This document shows, piece after piece, positions 41,318 through 51,694 of a stretch of DNA of 64,000 bases. How positions within the stretch are numbered: the stretch's first letter is position 1; every line of letters begins with the position of its first letter. The DNA comes from Limnothrix sp. BL-A-16 (GTDB lineage: Bacteria > Cyanobacteriota > Cyanobacteriia > CACIAM-69d). Both the position numbers and the translations under genes were made by a program. Below the pieces are notes generated by a model. It searched no databases and was not told where the DNA came from. It saw only the letters and a list, made by a program, of their open reading frames with translations. The DNA is taken from the NCBI GenBank assembly GCA_041937175.2, contig CP166615.1, positions 992,001-1,056,000 of the forward strand. The letters run 5' to 3'.

Positions 41318-42175
41318 ATGGAACGAATGCCGCTAATTTCAGCCCCAATGACCAACGCTGACTCGGATTCGGGGCCCGTGGTCAATCATCGCCGCCCGTT
41401 GTCTTGTTGGGCGATCGGGATCGATCGGGCCGGGTGGTTGCAGGTTTGCCCCGCCCAAGTGCTGCGAGGGTTATTGATGGTGGGGGTGCTGTTGTGGGGA
41501 TGGGGATTCCTGGTGTTGCCGGTACGGGCCGAGAGCCTGACGGATTTGCAGCGATTGTTTCGGAACACCGTGTGCCGCCACTGCGATCTCAGCTATGCCA
41601 ACTTGGCGGGGGTGAACCTCAGCGATGCCTATTTGGGCGACACGGACTTGGTAGGGACTGATTTACAAGGGGCATTGCTCGATCGGGCTAACTTGACCCG
41701 GGCCCGGGCGATCGGGGCGAGCTTTGCTCAGGTGCGTGCTGACCATGCCGACTTCAGCAACGCCGACCTCAGCGGAGCCAACCTCACCCAAGCCCACCTG
41801 GAGGCAACCCGCCTCACCCGCGCCACCATTGTCAGCGCCTCCCTGGAAGGCAGCGTCCTGCGTCGGGCCGAACTCACCGAGGCGGACTTGCGAGACAGCA
41901 ACCTCACCCGTGCCAACCTATCCAAAGCCGACTTAACCCGCGCTTCCTTGACCTATGCCCGTTTAAACCAGGCTGACCTCCGGGGCAGCATTTTGCGAGG
42001 AGCCGACCTGCGCCAAACGGACTTCAGCGGCGCAGACCTAACCGGCGCAGACCTAACGGATACCAATCTGGAAAAGGCGATCCTTTGCGGCACTCGTCTG
42101 GCCGATGGTAAAGTGTCGCGCCAAGGCTGTCCCCGATCGCCTGCGGGTGATACCATCAAAGGCGGAAAATTTTGA
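41318..42175 (+). CDS. pentapeptide repeat protein
   Basis: Long A(D/N)Lxx repeat run after CRHCDL. Start uncertain. Confidence 0.9.
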   Translation: MERMPLISAPMTNADSDSGPVVNHRRPLSCWAIGIDRAGWLQVCPAQVLRGLLMVGVLLWGWGFLVLPVRAESLTDLQRLFRNTVCRHCDLSYANLAGVNLSDAYLGDTDLVGTDLQGALLDRANLTRARAIGASFAQVRADHADFSNADLSGANLTQAHLEATRLTRATIVSASLEGSVLRRAELTEADLRDSNLTRANLSKADLTRASLTYARLNQADLRGSILRGADLRQTDFSGADLTGADLTDTNLEKAILCGTRLADGKVSRQGCPRSPAGDTIKGGKF

Positions 42176-42200
42176 CGCAAACGCATAGGGGACGGACATC

Positions 42201-42290
42201 ATGGATATCATCACCCTCGGTTGGGTTGGCTTGCTGACGGTTTTCACCTTCTCGATTTCGATGGTGATTTGGGGCCGCAACGGCTTCTAA
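42201..42290 (+). CDS. petN: cytochrome b6f subunit VIII
   Basis: Manual translation [29 protein letters not shown]. Confidence 0.97.
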   Translation: MDIITLGWVGLLTVFTFSISMVIWGRNGF

Positions 42291-42463
42291 GTTCCCGGGG
42301 CTGTGGCCAATTACGTTGCCGAAGCTCGATGTTTAAACATGCATTTCAGGGATTAAAAAGATTGTCGATCGAGGGTGTATGAATCAACCCGATCGACAGT
42401 TTTGTTTAAGTAGCTTTATCTTGTTTTTTGACCCTTGATTTTTGATTTTTGGTGAGGATTCCC

Positions 42464-42598
42464 GTGGAAACTTCGGCCTTAACCGTTTTATCGATCGTGG
42501 CCATGGGCTTGATGGTGGTGGTTACGGGCGGCATTGTGTATTTAACGGCGGCTGAATGGCGCGATCGCCGCCGCCAAAAGACTCCCCAAAAGCGCTAG
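42464..42598 (+). CDS. 44-aa single-TM small protein
   Basis: GAGG Shine-Dalgarno and GTG start; METSALTVLSIVAMGLMVVVTGGIVYLTAAEWRDRRRQKTPQKR. Confidence 0.7.
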   Translation: METSALTVLSIVAMGLMVVVTGGIVYLTAAEWRDRRRQKTPQKR

Positions 42599-42762
42599 GG
42601 CCTGTCGTCAAGTCGCCTGAAACCCTGATTCCACCGTTAGCAGATCGTGGGGGACAAGGGGCTTAAGCCCCTTGCTGCCTAACAATTTGGTGGCGGTAAC
42701 AGCCATATAATTTAACCCAGCGAATTGAGGCAGCTACGTTAGTAGGGTGAGCAGTGCCCACC
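42596..42762. repeat. composite repeat: MITE-like end, REP core, conserved tail and GTAG-type REP
   Basis: TAGGGCCTGTCGTC at 42596, CAAGGGGCTTAAGCCCCTTG at 42655-74, and GTAG-GGTGAGCA-G-TGCCCACC at 42742-62. Confidence 0.8.
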
Positions 42763-42880
42763 AAATTCAGGTAAACAAATCCAGGAAGGCAACTTAAGGT
42801 AAATAGAAGCCTAGAAGCACATTTTTGAGTTTGCACATTCTTGGCTAGATTGACTCTGGACTAGACTACACAATTCTCGG

Positions 42881-44170
42881 CTAGTTCCTGGCCTGTTGCT
42901 GATACATCGCTCGCAACACCAAGGCCGGATCAATCCAATCTTTCCCGTATTTAATACCCCAATGCAGGTGCGGCCCCGTGGTGCGGCCCGTCATGCCCAC
43001 ACGCCCAACCCGCATCCCCGTGGTCACCGTTTGCCCCTGGAAAATCCGTAATCCCCCATCGGGATCACTCAGATAGCGGCGACCTTGCCAGGTGGCCACC
43101 CGCCCCATCATGTGACAGTAGGTGTGTTCCCAAGCGCCGGACTGGATCGTGATCGCCGTGCCACATAGCCCACCGTCAGACACGCGGATCACCCGGCCGG
43201 CCCACCAACTGCGAATATAGCTACCTTTGGGGGCAGCCAGATCTAGGCCCTTGTGAAACTCCACGCTGCCCCCCCGACGACGGTAGCCAAAGGGCGAGGT
43301 ATAGGTCTGGAAGTTCTCGACGGGAAATGAACCCTGTTGCCATGAGGTGCGACGGCCCGATCGATCCCATTGACTGCCTTGTCCCGAGTTGCCATAGGGG
43401 TTGACATAGTTGGGATTGTAGCCCCCAGCATAGTTCCCAACGGAGTTTACCTGGTTAATATTCCTGTTGTAGTTGCTGCCGGAATTATTACCATTATTAC
43501 GAACAGGATTGCCGTTGTTGTAACTGTTGCCGTAACCGTTGTTGTAATTGCTATAGCTGTTGAAATTGCTGGAGTTAGTCGGGTTATTGGTTGGGGAGTT
43601 CCGGTTAGCAGCACGGTTGGCCGCTGGCTGTGCAGAATTGAATCGATTGTCTGGAGAATTTTGGTAATTTGTGTAGCTATTACTGTTCTGATAGCTGCTG
43701 TAATAGCTAGTCGCGTTGGCGCTTTGGCGTTGAACTTGGGCGGTGTAGTTCGTCACATTTAAGGGCTGAACAGGGCGCATCTGTGGCTGCCAGTTGGGGT
43801 CGGCTTGGCCACGAACGATCGCTGCCGACTCGGCAATCTGTCGCCGAGAGTCCTCGATGATTTCGGCAGGGGGCGAGGTGGGAGGCGCTTCAAGGCTGGT
43901 GGTGGCGGTGTGCTGGGGGCGCTGCCACCAGGGGGCGATCGCCTCTGCTGACAACAGCCCTACCCCAAACAACCCCGCGACCGCCGCCAATTGCCAGTGG
44001 GCGCGAGCGAGGGCCCGGGGCGATCGGGTCTTGCGCACCAAAGCCTCGCCAGTCAGGGGCGGGGAGGGAAGCTTGGAAAGTGAGAAGCCATGGCTCGATC
44101 GAGCTGGGGGCAAAGCAGGACGGTGCAAGGTGCGTGGCGGCATGGGCGGTGGAGCGTTAGCGCCCGTCAA
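42881..44170 (-). CDS. M23 family metallopeptidase with Asn-rich linker
   Basis: TSPFGYR, FHKGLD, YCHM and GRTTGPHLH; one TM helix. Start uncertain. Confidence 0.9.
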   Translation of the reverse strand: MTGANAPPPMPPRTLHRPALPPARSSHGFSLSKLPSPPLTGEALVRKTRSPRALARAHWQLAAVAGLFGVGLLSAEAIAPWWQRPQHTATTSLEAPPTSPPAEIIEDSRRQIAESAAIVRGQADPNWQPQMRPVQPLNVTNYTAQVQRQSANATSYYSSYQNSNSYTNYQNSPDNRFNSAQPAANRAANRNSPTNNPTNSSNFNSYSNYNNGYGNSYNNGNPVRNNGNNSGSNYNRNINQVNSVGNYAGGYNPNYVNPYGNSGQGSQWDRSGRRTSWQQGSFPVENFQTYTSPFGYRRRGGSVEFHKGLDLAAPKGSYIRSWWAGRVIRVSDGGLCGTAITIQSGAWEHTYCHMMGRVATWQGRRYLSDPDGGLRIFQGQTVTTGMRVGRVGMTGRTTGPHLHWGIKYGKDWIDPALVLRAMYQQQARN

Positions 44171-44527
44171 CGTGACATAACGTCACCGACTCTACAAAAA
44201 AAAATTCGCTCCGTCCACTCCTGACCAGCAAGCTAGCCCCAGAATGACGGACGCTGAATCCTGGGAAATTGCCGATCGTTCAGCCCCCCAAGAAGCGCAA
44301 GGATTTTGTTCTAAAAGGTTAGCCTAGGTGCAGACTAGAGAAGAAAATGTACTCCTTTATCCACAAAGCTTCGTTAAAGCTTCGTTCCAGTTCCGTAAAA
44401 AACGCTGGGTCAGCCTCTACATCTTTTCTGCAATCATGAGGCTATGGTTTTGCGGAAGAGACTGAGCCATTAACCTTTTAAGAATCTAGCAAAAAAACAC
44501 AAATGCCTTGGAGATCAATCGATCTTA

Positions 44528-44658
44528 GAGGATGTCTGAAAAGCCAAAATCGATACTCTGCACGCCTCATCGATCGACGAAGACAAGATGCTCAAGCCCC
44601 TTGCCCCCACGACTATTGGTGCATTGCCCGTGCCAAAAGACACTTTTCAGACATCCTC
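44528..44658. mobile_element. 131-bp MITE with IS5-family (IS1031-like) ends, copy 2
   Basis: Perfect TIR GAGGATGTCTGAAAAG / CTTTTCAGACATCCTC flanked by a TTA duplication (44525-27 and 44659-61). Confidence 0.88.
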
Positions 44659-44917
44659 TTAAGGGAAATTTCTGAGATAGAAGGTCTTTAGATAGAATAA
44701 ATCCAGGGTGGGTTTTAGAACAATCAGGAATGGTGGGTTAGCCCTTGAGTATTGTCTGGGAAAGAATCTCAGGGGAATCGCTCAAGACTAGGCACAAGAT
44801 TAAGTGCTCAAGACCCAATATCCATGATTGGACTGAGGTGATGCTGAGCTGAGGTGATGCTGAAGTGATCGAGTTCCTTGTCAAGTTGCACTACAAGCTA
44901 TTACAGCGGGTCTGATT

Positions 44918-45814
44918 ATGAATGACCAACAACAGTTGGGGTTACCTGGTCGGTCGAATCAATTTCTGACCTATTGGCAATGGGGAAATCTGAGCGATCG
45001 ACCGCTACTGCTGTTGCACGGGCTGGGCGATTGTGCGGCGGTTTGGGAAGGAGCAGCCCAAGAGCTGGCCAAAAAGGGCTATGGCGTGGTTGCGCCGGAT
45101 TTGCCCGGCCATGGGAACAGCAGCAAGGGCGATCGCCCCTACAGCACCGAAGCCATCATTGAAGACTTGGAAGCCCTTTGTAATCACCTGGGCTGGTCTC
45201 GGGTAACGGTGGTTGGCCACTCTTGGATGGGCAAGATTGCCACCCGTTGGATGCAGGATCTGCCCCAGCGATTTCAGCAGGCGGTCATTGTTGACCCATT
45301 TTTTATTGGCAAAATGCCTGATTGGTTGCGTTTAAGCTTCCCAATTTTGTATCGAACCCTGCCATTTTTGAAGCTAACGGGCCCGTTTCCAGATCAAACT
45401 TCAGCGGAAGACTGTGCTCGGCAACTCAAACAATATCGTGAGTGGAATCCTTGGCAAGCGGCGGCCTTTGCGGCAAATCTGGAACAAAAAGATGATGGCA
45501 CTTGGGGTAGCAAACTGGATTTGCTAGCGCGCGATCGCGTGTTTGAAGATGTGCTTGGAATTGCGGGCTTCCAAAAATCAGTGTCCTTGCCCACATTGTT
45601 GATTTTGCCGGAACAGGGCTTGAATCAATTTGCTTGGCAAACTCGCGACTTCCACCAGTTCTGCGAGCGGCTGACGGTGCAAACGGTTCCCGGCAATCAT
45701 TGGCCCTTTCTGAATGACCCGATCGGGTTTGCAGAAACGATTGATCGATGGCTCATTACGCCCGCCCAAGAACGCCATAATTTTGGCCAAGTGGCGCAAT
45801 TTGATGTGGCTTAA
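44918..45814 (+). CDS. alpha/beta hydrolase
   Basis: LLHGL, DLPGHG, GHSWMG and GNHW motifs. Confidence 0.9.
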   Translation: MNDQQQLGLPGRSNQFLTYWQWGNLSDRPLLLLHGLGDCAAVWEGAAQELAKKGYGVVAPDLPGHGNSSKGDRPYSTEAIIEDLEALCNHLGWSRVTVVGHSWMGKIATRWMQDLPQRFQQAVIVDPFFIGKMPDWLRLSFPILYRTLPFLKLTGPFPDQTSAEDCARQLKQYREWNPWQAAAFAANLEQKDDGTWGSKLDLLARDRVFEDVLGIAGFQKSVSLPTLLILPEQGLNQFAWQTRDFHQFCERLTVQTVPGNHWPFLNDPIGFAETIDRWLITPAQERHNFGQVAQFDVA

Positions 45815-46089
45815 ACGCTGGGTATGGGGGCTGAATTGCTCTGTGCAACCACCCTGCGTGAGGCTCAACGACCCACCGAAGATTCACCAAACAGCGGAGC
45901 TGAGTGACAGAACTGCTGTTGAGAGCATGTTTTTGGTTAAGCTGTTTGTTGAGATCGTGCTGTTGAGATCGTGCTTAGACAGCAGGTGGTTTGGATCACG
46001 ATCGCGTGATTGGGGGCAATTAGAACCCAAGCGATTCAGACCTGCGTGATTCAAACCCACGTGATTCAGACCCGGATAATTTTTTTAGA

Positions 46090-46587
46090 TTGGCACTCGC
46101 CCAAGGAGATGTTCCCGTGCCGACGGATGCCCAGCCTGTGACCGAAGAAGCCTTTGGAATTGTGCCGATTTATTTGCCGCAGTCGGGCGATCGAGCAGAG
46201 GCTTTGTTTTTGCTAGTGCAGCACCGGGCAGGACATTGGGCGTTTCCCAAGGGCCATGCGGAGCCGGGCGAAAGTGCCCTTGAAACAGCGCTTCGGGAAT
46301 TTACCGAAGAAACCGGCATTCGACATTGCACTCCCGTCACCGACGTGCAGTTTGTTGAAACTTACTGCCGACAGAATAAACTGGTGCAAAAAACGGTGAC
46401 TTATTTTCCGGCCTGGGTTTTGGATCGGGAAACCAACCTGCAACCGGAGGAAATCCAAGACAGCGCCTGGTTAACAGCGGAAGAAGCCCGATCGCGCATT
46501 ACGTTCCCGGCTAATCGGGGGGTTCTTGAATCGGCGCTGGAATGGCTGCAAGCCCTGGCAACCTTGCCCATCCAAACCGAAGAGTAA
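46090..46587 (+). CDS. NUDIX hydrolase (Ap4A hydrolase-like)
   Basis: HWAFPKGHAEPGESALETALREFTEETG. Confidence 0.9.
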   Translation: MALAQGDVPVPTDAQPVTEEAFGIVPIYLPQSGDRAEALFLLVQHRAGHWAFPKGHAEPGESALETALREFTEETGIRHCTPVTDVQFVETYCRQNKLVQKTVTYFPAWVLDRETNLQPEEIQDSAWLTAEEARSRITFPANRGVLESALEWLQALATLPIQTEE

Positions 46588-46706
46588 CGCGGCTTCGTTG
46601 CGCTAATTCCCGCTAATGCAACTCCAATTAGCGCCAACTTCAATTAGCCCCGCATTCTTTGCCCTATATTTCTTGCCCCGTATTTCTGGCCCAAGCCCCT
46701 TCGCCC

Positions 46707-47027
46707 ATGCTGCTCGATCGCCCTGCATTGTTTACCCTTCTGGTTGTCGCGACGCTAACCATTGGCGTGGGGGCGATCGGGCTATTCATTGGTGCCATAG
46801 CAAGGCTCTTGGGGCGGCGTTGCCTGCGCAAAAGCCTCGTCGCGGCCTATGGCAGCGCCTTGGTGGGGGGAGCCTTGGGGGCCCTGGCTTCCTTGTCGGT
46901 AACCTTCCCGGTCTCTTTGTTGACCCTGGGCATGGGGGGCGCTTTTGCAGCCACCCCGATCGGAACACTGATTATTCTCTATGTGACGAAAACACGCCGT
47001 CCCCGTCGCCGCCGTGCTTCCACCTGA
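46707..47027 (+). CDS. small 3-TM hypothetical protein
   Basis: Three hydrophobic segments and a basic C-terminal tail. Confidence 0.55.
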   Translation: MLLDRPALFTLLVVATLTIGVGAIGLFIGAIARLLGRRCLRKSLVAAYGSALVGGALGALASLSVTFPVSLLTLGMGGAFAATPIGTLIILYVTKTRRPRRRRAST

Positions 47028-47129
47028 GCATTCAGCGGGCCAAGACGTTCACCCCTAACTCTATTGGTCATGGGCTGACGGATTGCTCGACCCTTGCCAC
47101 TGCGAGCCGCCCACGGGACTCGGCAACGC

Positions 47130-47342
47130 TCAAGACTCGTCGTAGGCCTCCAAATCTAGTAAGTAGATGTAAGGCTCAACCAGCTCTGGCCGCTGAAAGG
47201 CGATCGCCCGCAGCAAGTGCCAGTCTCGCAACCCCTCAAAGGGCGTGGCATAATCATCCCGCTCCAGCCGGAGCGCCAACTCGGCCACATCTTGCTCAGT
47301 CATTTGGGCAACGGCCGGTTGTGAAATATGCAGTACTTCCAC
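47130..47342 (-). CDS. DUF2555-family cyanobacterial protein
   Basis: LALRLERDDY..PFEGLRDWHLLRAIAFQRPELVEPY; GGAGG Shine-Dalgarno upstream. Confidence 0.8.
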   Translation of the reverse strand: MEVLHISQPAVAQMTEQDVAELALRLERDDYATPFEGLRDWHLLRAIAFQRPELVEPYIYLLDLEAYDES

Positions 47343-47518
47343 GGTTAAACCTCCTCCAAGCCCTAGACTGATCTTAAGCCGGATGAACCACCAAACAATC
47401 GATTTTCCTTGTTTTGGTACGTTAGTTCATGAAAGCGGCCATCGTTCGCCCAAAAGTTAAACCGAAAGTTAAGCCAAAGGTTAAGCCACCAGCTAAACCA
47501 AACGCCAGACAATGAGTG

Positions 47519-47902
47519 CTAGAGGGTTTCTAGGTAGCGCAGTAAGTCGGCCATGTCCTGCGGAGCGGGCTGAAATTGCGGCATGGGGGGCGTTTTGCCG
47601 CTAATCACCTGTTCAATCAGGGCGACTTCTGATTTCCGGCTGGCCACATCAAGCAAGCTGGGGCCCACATGACCCGCGCCATCAGCTCCATGACAAACGG
47701 CGCAGTTCATGGAAAAAATTGCTTGCCCCCGATCGCGATCGCCCTGCAAGGCGAGGACACTTTCCGCGTAGGGATCCATTGGCTGAAACCACTGGCCCAA
47801 GGGCCAAACCATCAGCAAAACGGACAGGACAAGGAGTATCGCGATCGCAAGGGTACGACGCGCCCAAGGTTGGACTGGGGACTGATTAACTGGCGTTTCC
47901 AA
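47519..47902 (-). CDS. cytM: cytochrome cM
   Basis: TM anchor, DPY..VL.L.GD, heme motif CAVCH and SGKTPPMPQF; divergent from petG. Confidence 0.88.
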   Translation of the reverse strand: METPVNQSPVQPWARRTLAIAILLVLSVLLMVWPLGQWFQPMDPYAESVLALQGDRDRGQAIFSMNCAVCHGADGAGHVGPSLLDVASRKSEVALIEQVISGKTPPMPQFQPAPQDMADLLRYLETL

Positions 47903-48168
47903 GGCGATCGCGTTGCTGAGGAACCGACATGAAAGTTTTCATTTAATAACATAGCTCAAAGGTTGCCCCCAGGCCGCCGAAGTTCCCCCCGACTCGCCCA
48001 CTCAGGGCAGAATCAGTTTTCGGGCTGAGAAGCCGGTAAAATCGGAGGGCGCGTTGCCCGATCGGGAACAGCCACCGCACCAGATCCGCAGTCTTCACTG
48101 CTGGAATCTGACTAAGTGCTTTAAAAATGACTTAATGTTTTAGACGATTTAGGGAAGGAGAATCCGCC

Positions 48169-48282
48169 GTGATCGAACCTCGCTTGCTCGGTATTGTCTT
48201 GGGTCTGATTTTGGTGACGCTGAGTGGTCTGTTTTTCGCAGCCTATCAGCAATATCGTCGCGGCAATCAGTTTGATCTGTAG
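48169..48282 (+). CDS. petG: cytochrome b6f subunit V
   Basis: AAGGAG Shine-Dalgarno and GTG start; [37 protein letters not shown]. Confidence 0.93.
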   Translation: MIEPRLLGIVLGLILVTLSGLFFAAYQQYRRGNQFDL

Positions 48283-48641
48283 GTTGATTTGGCCCCGATC
48301 GACCCGCTCGATCGTCCCATTCAATTTGAACCGGTGTCTGGAATTCGCGCATCCTCGCGATCGCAATTCCAACCTTAATTCAATCGCTGTATTTACAGCA
48401 ACGATGCAGTGGAGGCCCGTTTTAAGCAGGTCTCCACACTTTTTTGATCATGCTTTTTTGAGCATAAATTAATCATGATTTTTGATCATGAATTGAAGGA
48501 ATAATTTGAGAATAAACTTGAGTATAAATTGGGTAATAAAAAGGTAACAAGAAAGTGATGCTAGTTGAATATTGTTGATTATGACTTTGATTATGACTGC
48601 TTTCTGATGATCACAATTATTTGCTCATTGATTTGCTCATT

Positions 48642-48672
48642 AAAAAACGCCCAGCCCAAAGGCCGAGCGCTT
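48642..48672 (-). terminator. intrinsic terminator of chlP
   Basis: Minus strand GCGCTCGGCC-TTT-GGGCTGGGCG followed by TTTTTT. Confidence 0.7.
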
Positions 48673-48714
48673 ATGAGTCTTGAACTCAATCCGGTTTAAT
48701 TTCAGCAAACCAGA

Positions 48715-49935
48715 CTAGGGAGCCAGGGCACTACCCCGCAGCAAACTCCCGATCGTCTTCGCCGTAATCTTCAGTTGAGTCAGCGGATTGGCAGGCACAA
48801 CCGTCTTATACAAATAGCTGTCAAAGGTCAGCTTTTGCACATCGATGTCCTCGCACATTTCCACAAAGGCTTCGCGCGTCGCATCGGAACGATAAAACAC
48901 CCGTTGCAGCAGATCCAGCACCAAATAGGTTGCCCCGTACTGCCTATCCCAACGTTTCAGGTACTGCTTCAGATCCGCTTCATTGGGAACGCGCTGGCCC
49001 TTGTTGGAAAATTCCACAATGGTTTCCGCACACATCCGAGCCGACTTGGCCGCGAAGTAAATCCCTTCGCCAGAAGACTTGGTGACCGTACCGGCCGCAT
49101 CACCCACCAGGGCCACACGACCCACCACCCGACGAGGGCGGGGATGTTCCGGAATCGGGTGTGCTTCCACCTTGATGATTTGCCCACCTTCGAGGCGTTT
49201 GGCTGCTCGGGCCCGAATGCCCGCTTGCAGTTCCTTGATCCGGGCTTGGTTCACGCGCATTGTGCCCGTGCCCACTGCCACGTGATCATATTTGGGGAAC
49301 ACCCAGGCGTAAAAGTCGGGGGAAACATCGTCACCGACGTACATTTCCGCCAAGTCCTGGTAGTAATCCATCTTGTCTTCGGGCAGACGGATTCGCTCTT
49401 GGAAGGCGATCGCGTAGTTGTAGTCCCCCGCATCGATCGCCTTGGCAATCCGAGAATTAGCCCCATCAGCCCCAATCACCAAATCCACTTGCAGGGTTTT
49501 GGCCACGCCCGCCACCGAACCATCGGAGTGGTCAGCATAGTGCAGGGTGTAGGGAGCCTTGTCATTGCTGGGAATTTCCAGCTTATGCACTGTGCCGTTA
49601 ATTAGGTTAGCCCCCAGCTTCACCGCCCGATCGCGCATGAACCCATCCAGGACTTCCCGGCGGCACATACCGATATATTCATCAGGCTTGAGGGTTGAAC
49701 CGATGTTCACCTCAATATTGGACGGTGAGATCATCTTCATCTTCCGCACGCGGCGATCGATGATCTCCGGCGGAAGTTCAAACTCACCAACCATGCATAA
49801 GGGAATTGCGCCGCCGCAGGGCTTGGCGTTGTCCAGCTTGCGCTCGAACAGATAGGTCTCAATTCCAGCTTTAGCGAGCGTTTCTGCGGCTGAGGAACCG
49901 GCCGGCCCGCCGCCAACAACAGCAACCCGTAACAC
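48715..49935 (-). CDS. chlP: geranylgeranyl reductase
   Basis: VVGGGPAG, AKPCGGAIP, EAHPIPEHPRP and GEGIYFAAKS motifs. Confidence 0.98.
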   Translation of the reverse strand: MLRVAVVGGGPAGSSAAETLAKAGIETYLFERKLDNAKPCGGAIPLCMVGEFELPPEIIDRRVRKMKMISPSNIEVNIGSTLKPDEYIGMCRREVLDGFMRDRAVKLGANLINGTVHKLEIPSNDKAPYTLHYADHSDGSVAGVAKTLQVDLVIGADGANSRIAKAIDAGDYNYAIAFQERIRLPEDKMDYYQDLAEMYVGDDVSPDFYAWVFPKYDHVAVGTGTMRVNQARIKELQAGIRARAAKRLEGGQIIKVEAHPIPEHPRPRRVVGRVALVGDAAGTVTKSSGEGIYFAAKSARMCAETIVEFSNKGQRVPNEADLKQYLKRWDRQYGATYLVLDLLQRVFYRSDATREAFVEMCEDIDVQKLTFDSYLYKTVVPANPLTQLKITAKTIGSLLRGSALAP

Positions 49936-50401
49936 GAACAGCTTCTCCTAATTACGCGTGTGGCTGAGGCTTCGACATCACCCTCGTCCTGATGAAATTT
50001 TGATCGCGCCTTAGATCCAACCGCACTGCCCAACGGCTCACAGAGGGGTCTAATTCAGACTCAGAAATTCAATCAAGGCGAGGAGCTTTGAGAAGGCTTG
50101 CGATTTTGTTCTGGACTCCAAAGCCACGCGATTAACGTGGATTACTGCCGCCGTTGGGTTTTTCTCGTCCACTGAACGGATTAACCTGTCTCGGTTCAAT
50201 AACCGTTGGATTACCCGTCGATTATTAACTGGATCATTCACCGCGCTGCCCATCGGCAACAAAGGCAAAAGGGGGCAATAAACCGCAAAAACCGCTCTGG
50301 CCGCCCAAAGATTGGATGTCATCCTATCACGGGGGTTTCCTGTGGCTGGGCGTGCCCCAAGCTTCTATAACGAGAATGCAACAGAGTTTAACGATCTGAT
50401 A

Positions 50402-51694
50402 CCGTCACCAATTCACTAGCAATGCCGCAATTGACTAGCAAATGCAGCAATCAGGAAGCTTCCTGCTTCATCGCGGCGAAGTCGGCTTCATCCGCTCCAC
50501 AGGCTGACACGACCGGACTGGCCGCCTTTTGCAGATTAATCGCGGCATTCAAATCGCGATCAATCTGCAATCCACAGTGATCACAATCAAACACCCGCTC
50601 TGAAAGCGATAGGGTCTCTTTTTTCTTGCCACAACGGGAACAAGTCTTGCTAGATGGAAACCAGCGGTCTACGATCACCAGTTCAGAGCCATAAAGTTTT
50701 GTCTTGTAATCCAGTTGCCGCCGAAACTCGTAGAAGCCCATATCCTGAATCGCCTTGGCTAGCTTGTGATTCGCCATCATCCCGGACACATTCAGATCCT
50801 CAATGACCACCACGCCGTGGTTCTTGGCTAAGTAGGTCGTGAGCTTATGGAGCGTGTCTTTACGGATGTTGGCGATTCGCTGATGGAGTTGAGCGATCCT
50901 CAATTGAGCCTTTTTCCAATTGGCAGAGCCTCTTTGCTTGTGGCGATTCAGCCATTGCAACCGAGAGAGCCGGGACTCCAGTTGTCTGTAGGCTTTAGCA
51001 CCTTCAAACAACTCTCCAGTGCTGAGAGTTGCTAAGGATTTGACACCCAAGTCAACACCTACAACATCAATCAATTTAGGCGTAATGACAGGTTCTATCT
51101 CAATCCGAAACGAGATAAACCAATCATGCGCTTGGCGGCTGATGGTGACTGATTTAGGTTGAACATTTTGAGGCAAGGCTTCATAGGTCTTCAGGATGCC
51201 AATCTTAGGAACCTGAATCTTATTCAAACCCTTAATATGAATAGCTCCATCCAGTTCAAAGGAGTCATGACGACCCTTTTTCTTGAATTTAGGAGCACCT
51301 GAAGTCTTTTTGAAGCAGCGATCCCAAGCCGCCCGTAAATGACGAAGGGCATTTTGAGGAGAACTTTTGGAAACCTCATAGTACCAAGGGTGTTCAGACT
51401 TAACCAAGGCTACCAACCACTTGTGCAAATCAATAGCGGATGGGAATTTGATCTTTTCGTCAGTCTTTGATCGGTTATGGTCAAGGATTTCCTTGGTTAG
51501 TCCCAAACCCCAATTCCAAGCATGACGCGCAACACCGGCATGGCGAGCTAATGCGGTGCGTTGTTGGTTGTTGAGCTTGAGTTGAGTTTTGAATCCGAGT
51601 AGCATCTGTTCATTGTATGACAGCCTTTAGGATAGATTCGCATTTTTCGGAGAATGTGAGCTAATGACAGGAAATCAATTACTGTTAATTAACC
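50402..51694 (-). mobile_element. non-autonomous IS607/IS1341-like element carrying tnpB only
   Basis: Intact tnpB with no tnpA. The putative right end has ACTAGCAA direct repeats and ends in GG on the minus strand; a G6 run marks the putative left junction. Boundaries are inferred. Confidence 0.55.
50451..51605 (-). CDS. tnpB: RNA-guided endonuclease TnpB
   Basis: RuvC motifs VGVDLG, VIEDL and DRDLNAA; Zn finger CSRC/CDHC. Confidence 0.95.
   Translation of the reverse strand: MLLGFKTQLKLNNQQRTALARHAGVARHAWNWGLGLTKEILDHNRSKTDEKIKFPSAIDLHKWLVALVKSEHPWYYEVSKSSPQNALRHLRAAWDRCFKKTSGAPKFKKKGRHDSFELDGAIHIKGLNKIQVPKIGILKTYEALPQNVQPKSVTISRQAHDWFISFRIEIEPVITPKLIDVVGVDLGVKSLATLSTGELFEGAKAYRQLESRLSRLQWLNRHKQRGSANWKKAQLRIAQLHQRIANIRKDTLHKLTTYLAKNHGVVVIEDLNVSGMMANHKLAKAIQDMGFYEFRRQLDYKTKLYGSELVIVDRWFPSSKTCSRCGKKKETLSLSERVFDCDHCGLQIDRDLNAAINLQKAASPVVSACGADEADFAAMKQEAS

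Noticed and set aside
46616..47371. 251-aa plus-strand ORF
   Set aside because: It overlaps two more plausible genes and has no protein-like features.
50100..50240. GGATTA(A)C recurrences beside tnpB as a mini-CRISPR or guide array
   Set aside because: The matches are only 6-8 bp and irregularly spaced.
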